Assembly: GCA_963771075.1 (NCBI GenBank)
Contig: CAVYSE010000023.1
Location: forward strand, 32,001 to 96,000
Direction: 5' to 3'
Source: a candidate division FCPU426 bacterium
GTDB lineage: Bacteria; Oederibacteriota; Muellerivitia; Muellerivitales; Muellerivitaceae
Length of the DNA: 64,000 nucleotides
Positions 58,843 to 64,000 of the stretch are shown here, piece after piece. How positions within the stretch are numbered: the stretch's first letter is position 1; every line of letters begins with the position of its first letter. The notes below the pieces were generated by a model, which was not told the origin of the DNA, ran no database searches, and was given only the letters and a program-made list of their open reading frames with translations. The position numbers were made by a program, and so were the translations under genes.

Positions 58843-60942
58843 ATGGTTTCTATGGGTTTGATTCTGGTTCTCCTCGCGCTTGCGGGCCTGGGTTTCGGCG
58901 AATTCGCCGCCCTTCCCTTCGGGCGCCACTCCAACCTCGGGCAGAATCTTGCCGCCGGTCTGACCCTCCTCTCCTCCCTTTGCGGGGGAATAGGTTTGGC
59001 AGTCTGGTTTTCCGTAGGGATACCGCTTTCCATCGGCATGCCCTGGCAGGTTCCCGGGGGCACTCTGGCCCTGGGGCTCGACGGCTTGACGGCATTTTTC
59101 CTGATTCCCGTTTTTCTCGTCTCCGCACTGGGGGCCCTTTTCGGCCTGGAATACTGGAAACAATCGGAGAATCCCGGATCCGGTCAATCCCTCCGGTTTT
59201 TTTACGGGTTCCTTTCACTCGGGATGGGGCTCTTGCTGATGGCCCGCAACAGCGTGCTTTTTTTGTTGGGCTGGGAAATCATGGCGGTGGCGGCCTACTT
59301 TTTGATCGTGGTGGAGGACAAAGAAAAAAACGTCCGGCAGGCCGGGTGGATCTATTGGGTTTCGGCCCACCTGGGGCTCGCGGCCCTCATGGTGATGTTT
59401 CTCCTGATGCGAAACCTGCTGGGAAGTTTCGATTGGTCGGTTTTGCCCCTGGACTCGCGGGAAAATTTACTCGGGTCCGCCCTTTTCTTGCTCGCCCTCT
59501 TCGGTTTCGGCTTCAAAGCCGGGCTCATGCCCTTTCATTTCTGGCTTCCCCGGGCCCATTCCAGCGCCCCCAGCCATGTCTCCGGCATCATGTCCGGCGT
59601 GATGCTCAACATGGGAATTTACGGGATCATCCGGATCCTGGGATACCTTCCCCAGCCCCCGGTGTGGTGGGGTATCCTGCTGTTGGTTATGGGAATCGCC
59701 TCGGGGGTTTTGGGAATCCTCCTGGCCATCTCCGAAAGCGACCTGAAGCGCATGCTGGCCTACAGCAGTATCGAGAATATCGGAATCATCTTCATGGGTT
59801 TGGGGTTGGCCCTGGTCGGGCGTTCCTCGGGCAACAACCTCCTACTCCAACTGGGTATGTTGGCGGCGCTCTTCCATGTCCTCAACCACAGCCTGTTCAA
59901 GACCGCGCTTTTCTACTGCTCGGGCTCGGTCTTGCACGCCTGCCACACCCGCCGGATGGACCACCTGGGGGGCTTGATCCCGCTTCTTCCCCTCACCGCT
60001 TTGGCCTTCGTGTTCGCCTCCTGCGCGGCCTGCGGCCTCCCCCCCTTGAACGGATTCATCGGCGAATGGATTCTCTACCAGGGGCTTTTCCACTTGTCGG
60101 CCGGGGGGTCCATCTTTCGCGCCCTCCTGGGCACCCTGGCCATCGGGGGATTGGCCCTGATCGGCGCATTAAGCGTGGTTTGTTTCGTGCGCTCCTTCGG
60201 CACCATCTTCCTCGGTTCGCCCCGGTTTTCCCTGAAGCCCCATGAAAAGGAAAAAAAGGGGTTCATGATCTTTACCCTGGCCCTGTTGGTGGGGGCCTGC
60301 ATGGGCGTGAGCTTTCTTCCCGGAAAGATCCTCTTCATATTAGGGAAGGCGATGGAAACCTGGGACACTGGCCTCTCCCCGGCTTCGCCCTCCCTTGAGA
60401 GCCTGGTTCCCCTGGGCGTCCTGGCCCTTTTGAACCTAACGTTATTTATTGTTTTGGGCGCCGGAATCGGGTGGTTTGTCTTGAGGAAACAAAAGGCGAA
60501 GCAGGCACAGCCCGCCGGGCTGGAACAGCCGATCGGGCTGGGACAGCCAATCGGGCTGGGACAGCCAATCGAGTTGGCACGACCCCACCCGCAGGGAATG
60601 GGATTGGAAACCTGGAGCTGCGGTTATATCGATCCCGCTTCTCCCCGGCTTCAATACACGGCTTCTTCCTTCGGCGAAATCCTCACGAAAACCTACCATT
60701 GGTTCATTCCCGCAAGGTCCCACCAGCCGGGCCCGGGGGGTGTTTTTGCCGGGAAATCGTGGTTTGCCACCCTTCCCTTTGACCGTATCCTCGGGGGATT
60801 CCTCATTCCTACCATCCGTTCCTGGGGGGACAAAATTTCAGTACTCTTGAAACTGCAACAGGGCCGGACTTCCATTTACCTTCTTTATATCGTGGTCATC
60901 TTCCTCGTGGCCCTTTGCTGGGGCAGTTGGAGCCTGCCATGA
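58843..60942 (+). CDS. HyfB/NuoL-like proton-translocating membrane subunit (copy 1)
   Basis: WEIM, KAGLMPFHFWLPRAH, KRMLAYSSIEN, HSLFK, PPLNGF, WSCGY. Confidence 0.9.
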   Translation: MVSMGLILVLLALAGLGFGEFAALPFGRHSNLGQNLAAGLTLLSSLCGGIGLAVWFSVGIPLSIGMPWQVPGGTLALGLDGLTAFFLIPVFLVSALGALFGLEYWKQSENPGSGQSLRFFYGFLSLGMGLLLMARNSVLFLLGWEIMAVAAYFLIVVEDKEKNVRQAGWIYWVSAHLGLAALMVMFLLMRNLLGSFDWSVLPLDSRENLLGSALFLLALFGFGFKAGLMPFHFWLPRAHSSAPSHVSGIMSGVMLNMGIYGIIRILGYLPQPPVWWGILLLVMGIASGVLGILLAISESDLKRMLAYSSIENIGIIFMGLGLALVGRSSGNNLLLQLGMLAALFHVLNHSLFKTALFYCSGSVLHACHTRRMDHLGGLIPLLPLTALAFVFASCAACGLPPLNGFIGEWILYQGLFHLSAGGSIFRALLGTLAIGGLALIGALSVVCFVRSFGTIFLGSPRFSLKPHEKEKKGFMIFTLALLVGACMGVSFLPGKILFILGKAMETWDTGLSPASPSLESLVPLGVLALLNLTLFIVLGAGIGWFVLRKQKAKQAQPAGLEQPIGLGQPIGLGQPIELARPHPQGMGLETWSCGYIDPASPRLQYTASSFGEILTKTYHWFIPARSHQPGPGGVFAGKSWFATLPFDRILGGFLIPTIRSWGDKISVLLKLQQGRTSIYLLYIVVIFLVALCWGSWSLP
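60507..60578 (+). repeat. in-frame 18-bp tandem repeat, four copies
   Basis: Units resembling ACAGCCAATCGGGCTGGG encode QPAGLE QPIGLG QPIGLG QPIELA. Confidence 0.9.
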
Positions 60943-62918
60943 TCCAAACCCTGTTTTATACCGCGATAGGACTGACCGCTTTCAGCGGCGTTCCCGGATT
61001 GTTTTTCAAACGCCCCTCCACGGGAGGGCAATTTCTTTCCATCCCGCTGTTTTGTTTGGGGTCGGCGGCCGGTTTGGCCACGGCTTTCCTTTCCTTGTTC
61101 CAAGGCGTGGGCGAAGAATGGACCCTGCCCCTTTCGGTTTGCGGGGGAAAAATTTCCTTCCTCGTCGACCCGCTCGCTTCCATTTTTTTGGCCAGCATCT
61201 TCCTCATTTCCTCTATGGGCTCTATCTATGGATTGGAATACTGGAAACAAATCCAACATCCCGAAAACGGCCGGAAGCTGAGGTTCTTTTACGGCTTCCT
61301 GACGGCGGGGATGGCCCTGGTGGTGGTTGCCCATGATTCCCTGTTTTTCCTTTTTTCCTGGGAGGTCATGGCCCTTTCGGCTTATTTCCTCGTCACCACC
61401 GAGGATGATAAAAAGGAAAGCCGGCAGGCCGGATGGGTTTATTTCGTCGCCACCCATTTTTCCACCCTTTTTCTTTTCGCCCTTTTCGCTTTTCTCCACC
61501 TGGCGAAGGGTTCCTTCGAAATCATTCCCTTCAAGGCGGGCGAAATCCCCCCCGCCGGGGCGGACGGCCTTTTCCTCCTGGCCCTGCTGGCCTTCGGCCT
61601 GAAGGCGGGGCTATTTCCCCTCCACATCTGGCTTCCCTCCGCCCACGCGAACGCCCCCAGCCATGTTTCCGCCGTCATGTCGGGCGTCCTGCTCAAGGTT
61701 GGGGTCTACGGCCTAATGAGGGTGTGCTGGCTTTTCGCGAACCCGCCTCTCTGGTGGGGAACGCTCCTGGTCGTGATGGGAATTATTTCATCTGTGCTGG
61801 GGGTGGCTTTCGCCCTCGGACAGCACGATCTCAAAAGACTGCTGGCCTACCACAGCGTGGAAAATATCGGGATCATCTTCCTCGGGTTGGGGCTGGCCCT
61901 CATCGGCAAAACCATGGGGAGGAGCGATCTGGTATTGCTTGGGATGGCAGGGGCCCTGCTGCACGTCTGGAACCACAGCTTGTTCAAGTCCCTTCTTTTC
62001 CTCGGCGCGGGTTCGGTGATCCACGCCCTTCACACCCGGGAAATCGACAAAATGGGGGGAGTGGGGAAGAAGATGCCCCGGACCTCCCTGTTATTCCTGG
62101 TGGGTGCGGCGGCGATTTGCGGCCTCCCCCCCTTGAACGGATTCATCAGCGAGTTTTTGATCTACCTCGGGTTTTTCAAGGCCATGAACCTCCCCGGGTT
62201 GGAATTGAATTGGAGCTTGTGGATGGGGGTGCCCGCCCTAGCCTTGACCGGGGCCTTGGCGGTCGCCTGCTTCACCAAGGTTTACGGGGCCGTTTTTTTG
62301 GGCTCTCCCCGGTCGACTTCCGTGCCCGAGGCGAAGGAATCGGGAAGGGCGATATTATTTCCCATGGTTTTGCTTGGGCTTCTGTGCTTCTGGATCGGCT
62401 TGTTTCCCCAAACGGTGGCGCCCCTTTTGGAATCCGCGGCCCGGTCTTGGGCGCCCCTTCAGGCGGTTACTATCACCCTGGCGGCTTGCGTCCCCTTGGG
62501 CGTTCTTTCCGCTATCGGCATTTCCCTTTGGGTGGTTTTTTTCATCGGAAAAGTTTTCCTCAGTCGGCGTCCCCAGGGCGGGAAGGCCCCTTCGCCTGTA
62601 TTGACCTGGGATTGCGGGTACATCCGTCCCACCCCTTCCATGCAGTACACCGCTTCCTCCTACGCCCAAACCCTGGTTGATTTTTTCAAATGGATTCTGG
62701 TCCCCGAAAAAAGCTCCGTCCAGGTCAAGGGAAATTTTCCCCATTTCGTTTCCTTCCACAGCCATGTGCCCGAAACCGTCCTGGACCGGGTCCTCTACCC
62801 CCTCGTGAGGGGTATCCAGTGGGTCTTTCAATGGTCCAAGTACCTGCAGGTGGGTTATTTGCAGGCTTATGTCTTTTACATTTTTCTCGCGCTGACCTTT
62901 TTCATTCTTTGGAGGTAG
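60939..62918 (+). CDS. HyfB/NuoL-like proton-translocating membrane subunit (copy 2)
   Basis: WEVM, KAGLFPLHIWLPSAH, KRLLAYHSVEN, WDCGY; ATGA overlap with copy 1. Confidence 0.9.
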   Translation: MIQTLFYTAIGLTAFSGVPGLFFKRPSTGGQFLSIPLFCLGSAAGLATAFLSLFQGVGEEWTLPLSVCGGKISFLVDPLASIFLASIFLISSMGSIYGLEYWKQIQHPENGRKLRFFYGFLTAGMALVVVAHDSLFFLFSWEVMALSAYFLVTTEDDKKESRQAGWVYFVATHFSTLFLFALFAFLHLAKGSFEIIPFKAGEIPPAGADGLFLLALLAFGLKAGLFPLHIWLPSAHANAPSHVSAVMSGVLLKVGVYGLMRVCWLFANPPLWWGTLLVVMGIISSVLGVAFALGQHDLKRLLAYHSVENIGIIFLGLGLALIGKTMGRSDLVLLGMAGALLHVWNHSLFKSLLFLGAGSVIHALHTREIDKMGGVGKKMPRTSLLFLVGAAAICGLPPLNGFISEFLIYLGFFKAMNLPGLELNWSLWMGVPALALTGALAVACFTKVYGAVFLGSPRSTSVPEAKESGRAILFPMVLLGLLCFWIGLFPQTVAPLLESAARSWAPLQAVTITLAACVPLGVLSAIGISLWVVFFIGKVFLSRRPQGGKAPSPVLTWDCGYIRPTPSMQYTASSYAQTLVDFFKWILVPEKSSVQVKGNFPHFVSFHSHVPETVLDRVLYPLVRGIQWVFQWSKYLQVGYLQAYVFYIFLALTFFILWR

Positions 62919-62923
62919 TTACT

Positions 62924-63835
62924 TTGACGATCCTTAATGACGTGATCCATTTGTTCATAGTCTTGTTCCTGTCGCCCCTGCTCTTGGGCGTAATCAACAA
63001 GACAAAGGCCCTGGTTGCCGGCCGGGTGGGGCCGCCGATTTTCCAGACCTATTTCGATTTATTCAAACTATTCCGGAAGGGAATGGTGTTCAGCCGCACC
63101 ACCTCCTGGGTGTTCCTCGCCGGGCCCTGGGTGGGATGGATCTCCATCTTCGCCGCCTCGCTCGTGGTGCCTCTGGGCCACCACCGGGCGCCCCTGGCTT
63201 TCCAGGGCGACATGATTTTCCTGGCTTACATCTTGGCCCTGGGCAGGTTTTTCACGGCCTGCGCCGCCCTGGATACGGGGTCTTCCTTCGAGGGCATGGG
63301 GGCTTCCCGGGAAGTTTCCTTCGCCTCTTTCGCCGAACCGGCCCTGTTTTTCGGCTTCCTCGCGCTCGCGCGCCTTTCGCAGACCTACAGCCTGTCGGAT
63401 ATGGTGTTGGGTGAAAACTTCAGGGTGGGGCCGGACAAGATTGCCTCGCTTATTCTCATTTCCGTCGCCTGGTTCATCGTGCTCTTGGCCGAGAACAGCC
63501 GCATCCCCTTCGACGACCCCAACACCCACCTGGAATTGACCATGGTCCACGAAGTCATGGTCTTGGACCATAGCGGGCCCGCCCTGGGGCTCATATTGCA
63601 CGGGTCCGCAATGAAGCTTCTTTTGCTGGGCGCCCTGGTGATGGACGTCGCCCTCCCCTGGGACACCTCGACCTTGGCGGATTGGGTTTCCTTCCTCGCC
63701 GAAATGGGGGCCCTGGCGGTCGGGATAGGCCTGACGGAATCCCTCATGGCGCGGTTGAGGCTCAAGTACATCCCCAACCTTTTGGTTTCGGCCTGCCTGT
63801 TGTCGGCCTTTGGTTTCATCCTTTTGGTGAGATGA
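62924..63835 (+). CDS. HyfC/HycD (NuoH-like) membrane subunit
   Basis: GRVGPP, GMGASRE, ENSRIPFDDP, ELTMVHE; GGAGG RBS before TTG 62924. Confidence 0.9.
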   Translation: MTILNDVIHLFIVLFLSPLLLGVINKTKALVAGRVGPPIFQTYFDLFKLFRKGMVFSRTTSWVFLAGPWVGWISIFAASLVVPLGHHRAPLAFQGDMIFLAYILALGRFFTACAALDTGSSFEGMGASREVSFASFAEPALFFGFLALARLSQTYSLSDMVLGENFRVGPDKIASLILISVAWFIVLLAENSRIPFDDPNTHLELTMVHEVMVLDHSGPALGLILHGSAMKLLLLGALVMDVALPWDTSTLADWVSFLAEMGALAVGIGLTESLMARLRLKYIPNLLVSACLLSAFGFILLVR

Positions 63836-63847
63836 TTCGATTCACGC

Positions 63848-63870
63848 ATCCCCCTCTGAAAGAGGGGGAT
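63848..63870. repeat. REP-like hairpin downstream of the hyfC-like gene
   Basis: ATCCCCCTCT-GAA-AGAGGGGGAT, perfect 10-bp stem. Confidence 0.6.
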
Positions 63871-64000
63871 GGAGGGGGAGTTAGGTTTTTGAACGATATT
63901 TGGAAAGGCTAATACCCCCTTGATCCCCCTTTTTCACCCCCATTTCACCATGGGGAATAAAAAAATGAAAATGGGGACGTCCACATGCCCCTTGCCATTT

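Noticed and set aside
58824..62680. Long alternative-frame ORFs (473 and 415 aa) overlapping the hyfB genes
   Set aside because: Arg/Pro/Gly-rich off-frame products expected from GC-rich codon usage
1..64000. rRNA, tRNA, prophage, integron or defence genes
   Set aside because: None recognised by eye; a covariance-model and HMM scan would be needed to exclude them formally

Overview
A 64-kb bacterial chromosomal window of moderately high GC; the taxon cannot be assigned from the sequence alone. In order it contains: the 3' end of tatD; an intact IS30 element; trpD-trpC-trpF-(TPR gene)-trpB-trpA-accD-folC; and a ~45-kb surface-glycan region (about 9-54.5 kb). The glycan region holds many GT2/GT4 and GT-C-like membrane glycosyltransferases, two WaaL-like proteins, two Wzx flippases, ugd, a WcaJ-like initiating transferase, rml genes (rfbB and rfbA heavily frameshifted) and an rfbF-rfbG-rfbH + TPP enzyme + NeuB-like + SDR cassette suggesting a long-branched 3,6-dideoxy sugar. 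An IS4 element with a 9-bp target duplication splits a sugar O-methyltransferase gene. After the glycan region come a BshC-like gene, dut, and the start of an ArsR / PTS-IIA / hyfB-hyfB-hyfC (Ehr-like) operon. The most striking unexplained structure is a set of oppositely oriented 7-nt-period repeat arrays (consensus ~AGTCGRC) bracketing small AT-rich accessory ORFs, including a four-helix-bundle (IVS/bAvd-like) gene, at 47.7-51.2 kb. Several frameshifts may be sequencing or assembly indels. All family calls come from motif recognition by eye, not from database searches.
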